Below are positions 9,117 to 18,068 of a stretch of DNA of 64,000 nucleotides, piece by piece. Positions within the stretch are counted from its first letter, which is position 1. The number at the start of each line of letters is the position of its first letter. The stretch is taken from NCBI GenBank assembly GCA_031550325.1, contig JAVBOR010000030.1, positions 11,309-75,308 of the forward strand, written 5' to 3'. The notes beneath the pieces are model-generated. The model ran no database searches. It was given only the letters and a program-made list of their open reading frames with translations, and was not told the origin of the DNA. The position numbers and the translations under genes are program-made. The stretch comes from Oscillospiraceae bacterium (GTDB lineage Bacteria; Bacillota; Clostridia; Oscillospirales; UBA929).

Positions 9117-10888
9117 GGCGTCTCCTCCGGCTTGTTGCGGCTGATGGGAAGCGTCATCGTGATCACCGTGCCGTGGCCGTAGTGGCTCTGCAGGTCAATA
9201 TAGCCGTGATGGGCCTCGATGATCTCTTTGGCAATGGCCAGCCCAAGCCCTGTGCCGCCCGACTGCCGGGATCTGGCCCTGTCCACACGGTAAAAACGCT
9301 CAAAAATGCGCGGCAGATCCTCCACGGGAATGCCCACGCCGTTGTCCTTGACGCGGCACCAGATCTCATCGGCCACCTGTCCCGCCGAAAGCTCGATGAG
9401 CCCGCCGTCTGGCGTGTATGTGATGGCGTTGGAAAGAATGTTCAGCAGCACCTGCTCGATGCGGGAGGAGTCGCCCCAGATGTCCGGCAGACCGGGCAGA
9501 ATGTCGAGCGTGAGCTTGTGGCCGTGCCGCCCGGCCTCGAGCAGCATGACGTCGTACACGCTCTGCAGGCTGTCGGCAAACGAGAACAGCTCGGGGTTCC
9601 AGTTTGCCTGCCCGTAGTCAAACCGCGACAGCGTGAGCAGGTCGCGCACAAGCCGCGTCATGCGGTCGGCCTCGTTGACGATGACCTGGGCAAAGCCCAT
9701 GATCGTCTCCATGGGGATGTCCGAGGACTCGGTCAGCGTTTCGGCATAGCTGCGAATGTTGGTCAGCGGCGTGCGCAGCTCGTGAGAGACGTTGGACACA
9801 AACTCGCGCCGCACCTCGTCCAGCCGCTGCTGCTCGGTGACGTCGTGGATGACGGCAAGCGCGCCGCCCTCGGCGGTGTCGCCGCCAAAAGGGGCAAAAA
9901 AGATTTGCAGGTGCTTGTTGCCGATCGTGACGCCGTGCTCGATGAACTCAGGGGGCTTGAGCAGCATGACGTCCTGAAACGGCGCGATGTGCCCGAGCAC
10001 CTGGTCATAGGTCATGCCCTCGATAAAGCGCAGATTGAGCAGCGCGATGGCGGCTGGGTTCATGTGGACGATCGCACCTGAGCGGTCAAACGACGCCACG
10101 CCGTCGGTCATGTGCTGAAAAAGCGCGCCGAACTTGTCGCGCTCGCTCTCCACGGTTTCAATGGTCTCCTGGAGCACGCGCGCCATGTTGTTGAATGTGC
10201 GCGTAAGCACGCCGATTTCGTCGGTCGAGCGCACCTCAAGCGGCTGGGAGAAATCGCCCGAGGCCACCTTGGTCGCCGAAAGCGTGAGATTTTCGATGGG
10301 CGTCGACATCGTCTTGGACAGGAAAAAGCTCAGGACAATCGAAATGGCCAACCCGAACAGAACGGCCTGCACCACGATCATGAACAGATCGGAGGTCAGC
10401 CGCCTGAGGTTGGCCTTGGTGTCGCGGATATAGACAATGTAGCTGCCGCTGTTTCCCGGAAACGGCACCGCGCAGTCGAAAAAGGCGTCGGTCTCGCGGA
10501 GCTTGTAGCCGACCTCCCCGCCGAGCGCCGTCAGAATGTTGGGCGTGAGGTCGATCGAGATGTCGCCGGGGTCGTTGCCGCCGAGATAGGCGCCCGTGCC
10601 GCCGTCGAGGATAAAAAACTTGCGCTGTCCGCCGTCGATGCCGAGCGGCGCGGCGTAAGCCTCGACAACCTGGGCCAGCTGCGCCGGGGCGTTATCCTCG
10701 GTGGCCGCCTGACGCAGCGCCTCGACAAAGTTTTGGTTGTCGCTGAACGACTCGGACATCTGGTTGGAAAACTCTCCGATATAAAAGCCCACGACCGAGT
10801 TGATGAGGAAAACCCCCACCACGGCCATCAAGGACAGTATGAGCAGGATCAGGATGAAGACGAGCTTCATATGCAGGCTTCGAAACAC
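9113..10888 (-). CDS. walK: Sensor histidine kinase, WalK/VicK-like
   Basis: Two TM segments flanking an extracytoplasmic domain, HAMP and PAS-like regions, H-box SHELRTPLT, ATPase boxes NAITYTP, DNGVGIP, GGTGLGLAI. Confidence 0.85.
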   Translation of the reverse strand: MFRSLHMKLVFILILLILSLMAVVGVFLINSVVGFYIGEFSNQMSESFSDNQNFVEALRQAATEDNAPAQLAQVVEAYAAPLGIDGGQRKFFILDGGTGAYLGGNDPGDISIDLTPNILTALGGEVGYKLRETDAFFDCAVPFPGNSGSYIVYIRDTKANLRRLTSDLFMIVVQAVLFGLAISIVLSFFLSKTMSTPIENLTLSATKVASGDFSQPLEVRSTDEIGVLTRTFNNMARVLQETIETVESERDKFGALFQHMTDGVASFDRSGAIVHMNPAAIALLNLRFIEGMTYDQVLGHIAPFQDVMLLKPPEFIEHGVTIGNKHLQIFFAPFGGDTAEGGALAVIHDVTEQQRLDEVRREFVSNVSHELRTPLTNIRSYAETLTESSDIPMETIMGFAQVIVNEADRMTRLVRDLLTLSRFDYGQANWNPELFSFADSLQSVYDVMLLEAGRHGHKLTLDILPGLPDIWGDSSRIEQVLLNILSNAITYTPDGGLIELSAGQVADEIWCRVKDNGVGIPVEDLPRIFERFYRVDRARSRQSGGTGLGLAIAKEIIEAHHGYIDLQSHYGHGTVITMTLPISRNKPEETP

Positions 10889-10893
10889 AGCGA

Positions 10894-11604
10894 TCAGGCC
10901 TTTCCGGACGCAAACAGATACCCGGCGCCCCGGCGCGTCAAAATGTGGACGGGTTCGGCGGGATTGGCCTCAATCTTTTCCCGCAGCCGCCGCACCGCGA
11001 CGTCAACGGCGCGCAAGTCCCCATAGTAGGCGAAGTTCCAGACGTTTTCCATGAGCTCCTCGCGGCTCACCACCCGGTCAAGGCGACTGATGAGATAGTA
11101 GAGCAGGTCATATTCACGCTGGCTGAGCTCGACGGGCGCGCCGTTGACGGTGGCGCTCATGCGGCCCGTGTGCAGAGAAATCCCGCCGACCGTCAGCACT
11201 TCCTCAGGCTCGGCCCGCTTGGCCTCGTGCGCCGAGCGGCGCACGTTGGCGCGCACCCGCGCCATGAGCTCCTTGACGCCAAACGGTTTGGTGATATAGT
11301 CGTCGGCGCCCAGCTCCAGCCCCAGCACCTTGTCGGACTCATCCTCGCGCGCTGTCAGCATGAGAACCGGTGTGAGGGGGTCTGTTTTGCGCAGCTCGCG
11401 GCACACGGCAAACCCGTCCATTTCGGGCAGCATGACGTCGAGAAGGATGATGTCCGGCGCTTCCTTCAGCGCCATTTGCAGGCCCTGCGCGCCGTCGTAC
11501 GCCACGAGCGTCTCAAAACCCTCGCGCCGCAGATGGAACGACACAATGTCCACAATTTGCTTTTCGTCCTCAATGACCAGCGCTTTTCTCCCCACTCCGG
11601 TCAC
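10894..11604 (-). CDS. walR: OmpR-family response regulator, WalR-like
   Basis: Receiver domain (ALVIEDE..., LLDVMLPEMDG, KPF) plus winged-helix C-terminus; GTG start overlaps the Nudix stop (GTGA). Confidence 0.85.
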   Translation of the reverse strand: MTGVGRKALVIEDEKQIVDIVSFHLRREGFETLVAYDGAQGLQMALKEAPDIILLDVMLPEMDGFAVCRELRKTDPLTPVLMLTAREDESDKVLGLELGADDYITKPFGVKELMARVRANVRRSAHEAKRAEPEEVLTVGGISLHTGRMSATVNGAPVELSQREYDLLYYLISRLDRVVSREELMENVWNFAYYGDLRAVDVAVRRLREKIEANPAEPVHILTRRGAGYLFASGKA

Positions 11605-12143
11605 CCGCGCGCGGCGCGCAACGCGTACCGGTACAGCGCCGCCATGGTTTTGGCGTCGTCAATGCCGCCCGACAGAACAAGGCTTTGCGCTTCATTAAGC
11701 GGCATATAGACAGCGCGCACAAACTCTCCGTCGTCGGGACAGCAGTCGCCCTGCGTCAGCCCACTCGCCAGGTAGAGGTAAATGCGCTCGGTGTCATAGC
11801 CGGGGGTGGGCAGAACCATGCCCAGACTTTCAAACTTCGCGCAGCGCAGACCGGTCTCCTCGGCAAGCTCACGCCTTCCGGCCACGGCCGGGTCCTCGCC
11901 GGGCTCAATGCGTCCGGCGGGAATCTCCAAAAGTTCGCGGCCAGCGGCGTAGCGGAACTGGCGCACAAGATAAATCCCTTCGTGTTCGTCAACTGCCAGA
12001 ACGGCGACGCCGCCGGGATGGCGCACGACCTCGCGCGTGGACTTAGCCCCGTTGGGCAGCAAAACGTCGTCCCGTTCTATGGAAAACACTTTTCCGTGAA
12101 ACAGAGTTTCGCCGGAGAGCCGGCGCTCGGTGAAATCGGTCAT
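11601..12143 (-). CDS. NUDIX hydrolase (ADP-ribose pyrophosphatase-like)
   Basis: 180 aa; Nudix box GRIEPGEDPAVAGRRELAEETG; N-terminal FHGKVF...D.V.LPNG typical of NudF-type enzymes. Confidence 0.8.
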   Translation of the reverse strand: MTDFTERRLSGETLFHGKVFSIERDDVLLPNGAKSTREVVRHPGGVAVLAVDEHEGIYLVRQFRYAAGRELLEIPAGRIEPGEDPAVAGRRELAEETGLRCAKFESLGMVLPTPGYDTERIYLYLASGLTQGDCCPDDGEFVRAVYMPLNEAQSLVLSGGIDDAKTMAALYRYALRAARG

Positions 12144-12172
12144 CAGCTTCCTCCTCAGGTTGCGCGGGAAAA

Positions 12173-13597
12173 CTACACATCCTCGTTGCGCAGAGATCCC
12201 TCAGTGGGGTGCCCGTTTAAATAGTATGCGACAAGATCCCTCTTTTTCTGCACGCCAACCTTGGACAGCACATTGCGAATGTGAAACTTCACGGTGTTGA
12301 TGGAGATGTACAGCTCGTTGGCGATCTGCTGATTGGAATAGCCGCTCAATATGAGGAAAAACACGCGCTTCTCGGCGTTTGTCAGCGTTTGCGTCAGCTT
12401 TTCAACGTCCAGAACGTCCCGGTTCTCCCTGGGCGGAGCCTCGCTCTCGGCGGCGGGCTGCGCCGCCGCTTCGGGCCTCAGGTCCCTGAAGAGTATGGGC
12501 GCGAGCATCAGCACAAACACGGTCAGCGCGATGCCGACGGCGCCGTACCAGGAAAAGGAAAACAGCAGGTACAGGTCGTCGCGGTAAATAAACGCGGTCA
12601 GCGCCCACAGGCACAGAATATACGCCAGTCCGCACATCATGCCCCGGTTGACCGGCGAAACGGCCCGCACCGCATAGCTGAAAAACAGGACGAGCATGCC
12701 GGCGCCCGCCACAACATACAGCATGCTGGGCAAATCGCGCAAAAGGTCGCTCTGGGCTGTGCGGAAGAGCAGGGAAAACAGAACGCCCAGGCAAAAGGAC
12801 GTAAAGACGATATAACATGCCTGCCAGTACCGCCCTTTTTGACAAAGACGGCCATAGAGCCAGATCATCACAATGAAAAAAAGCGCGCCGACAAGAATCC
12901 AGGCCTGAAACGCCCCCCAACGCCCGCCTCCCGCGCCTTCCGACCGTCCCATGAGGCGCAGAACCTCCAGCGCGGCGAAAACGGCGGACAGACAGGCCGC
13001 CGCGCACAGCAGGAACATGGACGTCCTCGGCCGCGTCTCCGAACAGGGGGCGGGCGCTTCCTCAGGCGGCGCGCGCATCGCGAGCAGTCCCGAAACGCCG
13101 CCGCCCAGCGGAAGAACGGCGAGCAGAACAGGCGTCAGCACCTCGGTGGGCACAAACGCGCGCAAAACAAGCCCATAAAGCAGCGCCAGCGCGACAGACA
13201 GCGACATGCCGGCCTGGAAAACGCGAATACTGCCGCTGCGCTCGGCCAAAAGCGGCATCAGCAAAAAGAACATCAGTGAAAACACACCGTAAGCGCACGC
13301 CACACAGGCGGCGCCGGACAACGACACCCAAAGCCCGCAAAAGCCGCCCAAAACCAAAACGGCGAAGACGGCGCAGCGCGTCCAAACGGCAGCGCGCCGC
13401 GAGACAAATCTGGCGGCGGTTAATGCGGTAAAGAAGCCCGCCACCGCAGCGGCGAGCGTCGCCGGCCAGGGAAGCGCAATGAGGCATGTTGAGCCGGGTT
13501 CTCCGATCAGCAGCGTGAGCCAAAGGAAAACAGCCGCAATGCAAACTCCCGACAAAAGAGCGTTTTTCAGGCCCGGGGTTACTGTGTCGGTCACCAT
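12173..13597 (-). CDS. Polytopic membrane protein with C-terminal LuxR-type HTH
   Basis: About 390 aa of TM-rich sequence (10 or more hydrophobic segments by eye), then LTNAEKRVFFLILSGYSNQQIANELYISINTVKFHIRNVLSKVGV (LuxR/GerE HTH). Confidence 0.8.
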   Translation of the reverse strand: MVTDTVTPGLKNALLSGVCIAAVFLWLTLLIGEPGSTCLIALPWPATLAAAVAGFFTALTAARFVSRRAAVWTRCAVFAVLVLGGFCGLWVSLSGAACVACAYGVFSLMFFLLMPLLAERSGSIRVFQAGMSLSVALALLYGLVLRAFVPTEVLTPVLLAVLPLGGGVSGLLAMRAPPEEAPAPCSETRPRTSMFLLCAAACLSAVFAALEVLRLMGRSEGAGGGRWGAFQAWILVGALFFIVMIWLYGRLCQKGRYWQACYIVFTSFCLGVLFSLLFRTAQSDLLRDLPSMLYVVAGAGMLVLFFSYAVRAVSPVNRGMMCGLAYILCLWALTAFIYRDDLYLLFSFSWYGAVGIALTVFVLMLAPILFRDLRPEAAAQPAAESEAPPRENRDVLDVEKLTQTLTNAEKRVFFLILSGYSNQQIANELYISINTVKFHIRNVLSKVGVQKKRDLVAYYLNGHPTEGSLRNEDV

Positions 13598-13770
13598 TTC
13601 ACCGCCCCATCATACGTATAAAGACGCCATTGGCTTAGTATAGCACATTTTCAGTATTCATTTCAAGGGAGTTATCCCCTAAAAAGGGACAACTTTGGAT
13701 AATAATCGTCAAAATCTCCGAAAGAAAGCGTCCAAAGCCGCGCCTACGTATGGCCGCAAGTCAATCTTCG

Positions 13771-13836
13771 CGCGTCTTCGCAAAGCCGCGAGCCTGACCT
13801 CAGCTTTGTCAAAAAACCGAGGGCTCTTTGACAAAG
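13771..13836. repeat. Intergenic repeat locus R3a (degenerate B plus A module)
   Basis: CGCGTCTTCGCAAAGCCGCG (B-like) and 13804-13836 CTTTGTCAAAAAACCGAGGGCTCTTTGACAAAG (A-like, degenerate near the loop). Confidence 0.7.
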
Positions 13837-13844
13837 ACTCAGAC

Positions 13845-13995
13845 TGTTGACAAAAGTTGCAGTCGCGATTCCAAAGCTTTTCCGACCAGCAAATCCGGAA
13901 CATTTCGCCGCATTAGGGCGCTTTAGCGCCTCCAATCTTCCGGATTTGACAACTCGCCACTGTGCGGCTTCGGGTCGGAAAAGTCTTTGTCATCA
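13845..13995. repeat. Second repeat family F, copy 1 (~150 bp)
   Basis: Aligns by eye to the reverse complement of 29443-29600 (e.g. GGATTTGACAACTCGCCACTGTGCGGCTTCGGGTCGGAA versus CCATTTGACAACTCACCGCTGTGCGGCTTCGGATCGGAA). Confidence 0.8.
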
Positions 13996-14107
13996 GCCTT
14001 TTTTGCCCATAAACGAATCTAAGCGGCGCGCCCGCAGCTCTGGCCCCGGAAGCGCCGCTCAGAAGTACAAAACCTGGTAAGAAGAGCCCCGCAAGCCTTT
14101 AGCCGCC

Positions 14108-14302
14108 TCAGACGTATGTATCAATGCGGCGCCCAAGCGGGGAGCGAAGCGCAAACTGCGGCCGGCGCGCGTCGGTGCGCGGCTGGGCGTCCTGGGGGAG
14201 CTGCTGCTTTTGACTCTGCCTGAACATGGCGGACGAAAACTTCGTCTGCGCGGCGTACTGACGAATGGCGGCAGAAGAGCCGCTGATTTTTCCCGAGTTC
14301 AC
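14108..14302 (-). CDS. Small hypothetical protein (64 aa, basic, Gln/Arg-rich)
   Basis: GTG start 6 nt downstream of a strong GAAGGAGG RBS (reverse complement of 14309-14316); no family recognised. Confidence 0.4.
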   Translation of the reverse strand: MNSGKISGSSAAIRQYAAQTKFSSAMFRQSQKQQLPQDAQPRTDARRPQFALRSPLGRRIDTYV

Positions 14303-14499
14303 AACGCACCTCCTTCAGCGCGACACTGACGCGCACGGACATCTTCACTGCGGGGGATACTTCATTCAGTGTATCATCATGCCGGGCAAAAATCAACCCC
14401 GCGGCGGCGGGAACGGCCCGTGACACTTGACCGCGCGGGGAAGGCGTGATATTCTATTCTTCTGAATCAATAGACACGAAACTCAAAGGAGAATGTCCT

Positions 14500-15177
14500 G
14501 TGAAACGATCTTTTATCAACGCCGAGATTGTGAAAAACATCGAATTTATCCGCGCCATGAACTTTAATCTGCCGCCGTTTGCGTTCTGGACCCCCGGACA
14601 GTGGGAGAGCGCTGGCGACGAATACCGTGAGATCCGCGACAACATGCTGGGCTGGGATATGACCGACTACGGTAAGGGAGACTACCGCAAGGTCGGGCTG
14701 TTTTTGTTCACGATCCGAAACGGGAACCTGAGCCGTCCCGACAACAAAAAAACATACGCCGAAAAGCTGCTGATCGTGGGCGAGGAGCAGGTAACGCCCA
14801 TGCACTTCCACTGGGCGAAGATGGAGGACATCATCAACAGGGGAGGCGGCAACCTGCTCGTGCGCGTCTATAACGCAACGAACGACGAGGCACTTGCCGA
14901 CACGCCCGTCAGGGTCAATGTCGACGCGAGAAGCTACACGGTGGACGCCGGCTCGGTGATCACGCTGAAGCCGGGGGAGAGCATTACGCTGCTGCCCTAT
15001 CAGTACCACAGCTTTTGGGGCGAGAAGGGCAAGGGCGTATGCCTCGTGGGCGAGGTCTCGCAGGTCAACGACGACGTAAACGACAACCGGTTTCTGGAGG
15101 AGATGCCCCGGTTTTCCACGATTGAGGAGGACGAGCCGCGCCTGTACGTGCTCTGCAACGAATACGCAAAGACATGA
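14500..15177 (+). CDS. D-lyxose/D-mannose-family sugar isomerase (cupin)
   Basis: Start set at GTG 14500 (AAAGGAG RBS); motif VTPMHFHWAKMEDIINRGGG and downstream H.F.GE are as I recall for this family. Confidence 0.7.
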   Translation: MKRSFINAEIVKNIEFIRAMNFNLPPFAFWTPGQWESAGDEYREIRDNMLGWDMTDYGKGDYRKVGLFLFTIRNGNLSRPDNKKTYAEKLLIVGEEQVTPMHFHWAKMEDIINRGGGNLLVRVYNATNDEALADTPVRVNVDARSYTVDAGSVITLKPGESITLLPYQYHSFWGEKGKGVCLVGEVSQVNDDVNDNRFLEEMPRFSTIEEDEPRLYVLCNEYAKT

Positions 15178-16367
15178 GCAATCAGATCGGGCTTTACGCG
15201 CACATTCCGTTTTGCGTCAGCAAGTGCGTGTACTGCGACTTTTATTCGCTGACGGACGTCGATAAACGCGGGCTGGACGACTACCTCAAGGTCATGCAGG
15301 CGCATCTGCGCGAGACCGCCGAGTTTACGGGCAAGAAGGCCAAGGGTGGCGTGGGCATCGACACGGTCTATTTTGGCGGCGGCACCCCGACGCTGTTTGG
15401 GGCTGACCGCATCAAGGCGCTTCTCAAGGCCATTCAGACGCTGTGGGCAGTTTCGCGAAACGCCGAGATCACGGTTGAGGCCAATCCCGAGAGCGTGGAT
15501 GAAAAGCAGCTGCGGAAGCTTCACCGGGCGGGCGTAAACCGAATCTCCTTCGGCGTGCAGGCCATGCAGGACGAGCACCTGAAGGCGCTGGGCCGCGCCC
15601 ATGACGCCGCCCGCGCGAAAGAGGCCGTGGCGCAGGCACGCGCGGCGGGCTTTGACAACGTCAGCGTCGACCTGCTGTTCGGACTGCCGGAGCAGACCGC
15701 CGAGCAGCTATACGAATCGCTTGAATGGGCGGTCGGCGCGAAGGTCGAGCATATCTCGGTATACGGCCTGAAGGTGGAGGAGCGCACGCCGCTTTATAAG
15801 GCGCGCGACAAGTTTGTCTTCCCCGACGACGACGCACAGGCTGCCATGTATTTGGCCACTGTGGCGTACCTCGAGCGCGAGGGATATGAGCAATACGAGA
15901 TCTCCAACTTTGCAAGGCCCGGCTGGGCCTGCCGGCACAACCTGAAGTACTGGCAGCTCGATCCCTATATCGGCATTGGTCCATCGGCGCACAGCGACTT
16001 CGGCGGCAAGCGATACAGCAATGTGCGCAGCCTCGAGGTCTACTGCGACGGCGTGCGCAACGGGGATTCGGTCATTGACGAAATGACGGCGGTTCCCTTG
16101 CTGGAGCGCGCCGGGGAGTATGTGATGTGCGGACTGCGCACGGCCTACGGCATTTCGGGAAACGCCTATACCAAACAGTATAAGGTCAGCTTTGACCCCA
16201 TCGAGCGGCGCCTGGAGAGGTTTATGCAATACGACCTGACGCAGCGTCACGGGGATCGCTGGCGGCTGACGCCCAAGGGCTTTTTGGTGTCCAACAGCAT
16301 CCTTGCCGAGCTGCTGAGCGCTGAGTCGCAGGACGTGAGCGGGAATATGGCGGCTCATATCGGGTAG
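15174..16367 (+). CDS. hemW: Radical SAM heme chaperone HemW (HemN-like, oxygen-independent coproporphyrinogen oxidase family)
   Basis: GLYAHIPFCVSKCVYCDF CxxxCxxC motif, GGGTP, HemN C-terminal region; ATGA overlap with upstream gene. Confidence 0.85.
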   Translation: MSNQIGLYAHIPFCVSKCVYCDFYSLTDVDKRGLDDYLKVMQAHLRETAEFTGKKAKGGVGIDTVYFGGGTPTLFGADRIKALLKAIQTLWAVSRNAEITVEANPESVDEKQLRKLHRAGVNRISFGVQAMQDEHLKALGRAHDAARAKEAVAQARAAGFDNVSVDLLFGLPEQTAEQLYESLEWAVGAKVEHISVYGLKVEERTPLYKARDKFVFPDDDAQAAMYLATVAYLEREGYEQYEISNFARPGWACRHNLKYWQLDPYIGIGPSAHSDFGGKRYSNVRSLEVYCDGVRNGDSVIDEMTAVPLLERAGEYVMCGLRTAYGISGNAYTKQYKVSFDPIERRLERFMQYDLTQRHGDRWRLTPKGFLVSNSILAELLSAESQDVSGNMAAHIG

Positions 16368-16375
16368 GGGGCCTC

Positions 16376-16900
16376 ATGATGGCGGATGTCTTCACAGAAC
16401 ACATGGTCAAAAGGCGGTCCTCTCCCAAGACGGCGCTCATCAAGCTGCTGATTGCCGCGGCATCCGCGCTGGCGGCGCTTTGGCCGGCGCTGGCGCTGCT
16501 CAAGGGGGTTAACCTGCTGTACTTTTTGCCGCTGACCGCCGCAGGCGGGTTCTGGTTTGGCCGGAAGCTCATTTTGAGACAAAATGTTGAGTTTGAATAT
16601 ATGGTCACCAATGGAGAGCTTGATGTGGACAAAATTCTGGCGCGCAGAATACGCAGACATTTGCTGACGGTGGACTGCCGCAGCTTTATTACGCTGGCGC
16701 CCTGCGCGCCGGGGCGTCCTTATGAGCCCACGCCGGTCGGGCGCCGGGTCGACGCCTCGTCGGCGCCCGACAGCCCGCAGAGGTGGCTTGTCGTTTTTCC
16801 CGGAGGGGACGGCGTGCGCACGCTGCTGGTCTTTGAACCGAACGAGCAGATGCTGGACGCGTTTCGTCAGCTCAATCCGGGCTGTTTTGAAGCGCGATGA
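16376..16900 (+). CDS. Hypothetical membrane protein (two TM segments)
   Basis: 174-aa ORF overlapping the acpS start by 4 nt; N-terminal hydrophobic hairpin LIKLLIAAASALAALWPALALL / LLYFLPLTAAGGFWF. Confidence 0.5.
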   Translation: MMADVFTEHMVKRRSSPKTALIKLLIAAASALAALWPALALLKGVNLLYFLPLTAAGGFWFGRKLILRQNVEFEYMVTNGELDVDKILARRIRRHLLTVDCRSFITLAPCAPGRPYEPTPVGRRVDASSAPDSPQRWLVVFPGGDGVRTLLVFEPNEQMLDAFRQLNPGCFEAR

Positions 16901-17217
16901 GGATCGGGCTGGACATGCTGGACATTGAGCGCATGGAGAGGCTTCTGCACCATGCGCGGTTTATGGAGCGCATTTACAGCGCTGCCGAGCGGGAGTATAT
17001 CGCGTCCAAGGGTTCCCGCGCCGCGCAAACGGCTGCGGGAATTTTCTGCGCCAAGGAGGCCTATGCCAAGGCAGCCGGAAGAGGGGTCGCCGCGCTGCTG
17101 GGGGGCTGCCTAGAGGTGCGCTACGATCAAGACGGCAAGCCCTTTATGCAGGGTGCCGCCGTATCGATTACCCATACGGATCGCACGGCCGCGGCGGTTG
17201 TTTTGCTGGAGGATTGA
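16897..17217 (+). CDS. acpS: Holo-[acyl-carrier-protein] synthase
   Basis: MRIGLDMLDIERM..., FCAKEAYAKA motif typical of AcpS; 106 aa. Confidence 0.8.
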   Translation: MRIGLDMLDIERMERLLHHARFMERIYSAAEREYIASKGSRAAQTAAGIFCAKEAYAKAAGRGVAALLGGCLEVRYDQDGKPFMQGAAVSITHTDRTAAAVVLLED

Positions 17218-18068
17218 GCATGGATATCGACAAAGAGCTGGTGAAGACGCTTTTGCCTGTGCGTGCGCGAGAGAGCCACAAGGGCGATTTTGGCAGAGTG
17301 CTGGTGCTGGCGGGCAGCGTCGGGTTCACCGGCGCCGCGCGGCTGTGCGCGATGGGCGCTGTGCGCGCGGGCGCTGGCCTTGTCACCGTCGGCACGCCGC
17401 GCAGCTGCTGGCCGATTGTGGCAGCCGGCGCTCCCGAGCCCATGTGCCACCCCTTGCCGGAGGACGAGAGCGGACGCCTCAGCCTGGAGGCCTGGTCGTG
17501 GATCGAACCCGCGCTTCTCCGCAGCGACGTGTGCGTCATCGGGCCGGGACTGGGCCGGTCGGATGACATTGCGCAGCTTGTAGGGCTTGTGCTGAAGGCC
17601 GGGCTTCGGGTTGTTTTGGACGCCGACGGCATAAACGCCTATGACGGTCATATACTGGATTGTCCGTGTGTTCTCACCCCTCACGAGGGAGAGTTTGTGC
17701 GGGCGGGCGGCGATTTGAGCGCCGGGCGGGACGCGGGGGCGCGTGCGTTCGCCGCTAAGACGGGCGGCGTCCTTGTGCTCAAGGGGCGGCACACGCTGGT
17801 GGCCTCCCCTAAAGGGCTGCTGCGCCGCAACACGACCGGGAATCCCGGGCTGGCCAAGGGCGGCAGCGGCGACGTGCTGGCCGGAATGATCGGCGCGCTG
17901 GCCGGGCAGGGCCTGACGATGTTTGACGCAGCCTCGGCGGCGGTCTGGCTGCACGGAGAGGCTGCCGATCACTGCGCGCGGCGTTGGGGGGAGTACGCCA
18001 TGACGCCGTCAGATCTGCTTTTGTCGCTGGCGCGCGTCCTCACAGCCTATAATGGAGGGAAGACATGA
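17214..18068 (+). CDS. nnrD: ADP-dependent NAD(P)H-hydrate dehydratase (YjeF C-terminal/YxkO type)
   Basis: SHKGDFGRVLVLAGS.GFTGAA, TPH.GE, GNPGLAKGGSGDVLAG motifs; dehydratase domain only. Confidence 0.8.
   Translation: MSMDIDKELVKTLLPVRARESHKGDFGRVLVLAGSVGFTGAARLCAMGAVRAGAGLVTVGTPRSCWPIVAAGAPEPMCHPLPEDESGRLSLEAWSWIEPALLRSDVCVIGPGLGRSDDIAQLVGLVLKAGLRVVLDADGINAYDGHILDCPCVLTPHEGEFVRAGGDLSAGRDAGARAFAAKTGGVLVLKGRHTLVASPKGLLRRNTTGNPGLAKGGSGDVLAGMIGALAGQGLTMFDAASAAVWLHGEAADHCARRWGEYAMTPSDLLLSLARVLTAYNGGKT

Noticed and set aside
7767-9182. Long ORFs antisense to confidently called genes. Examples: 7767-9182 (471 aa), 12281-13279, 22067-23227, 27400-28398, 31567-33138, 38073-39542, 40046-42253 (735 aa), 45171-46637, 47183-49453 (756 aa), 53383-54159 and 5093-5887.
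   Set aside because: They are Arg/Gly/Ala/Pro-rich, low-complexity translations typical of the reverse strand of high-GC genes. They have no RBS or recognisable motifs, and each fully overlaps a gene with strong family signatures.
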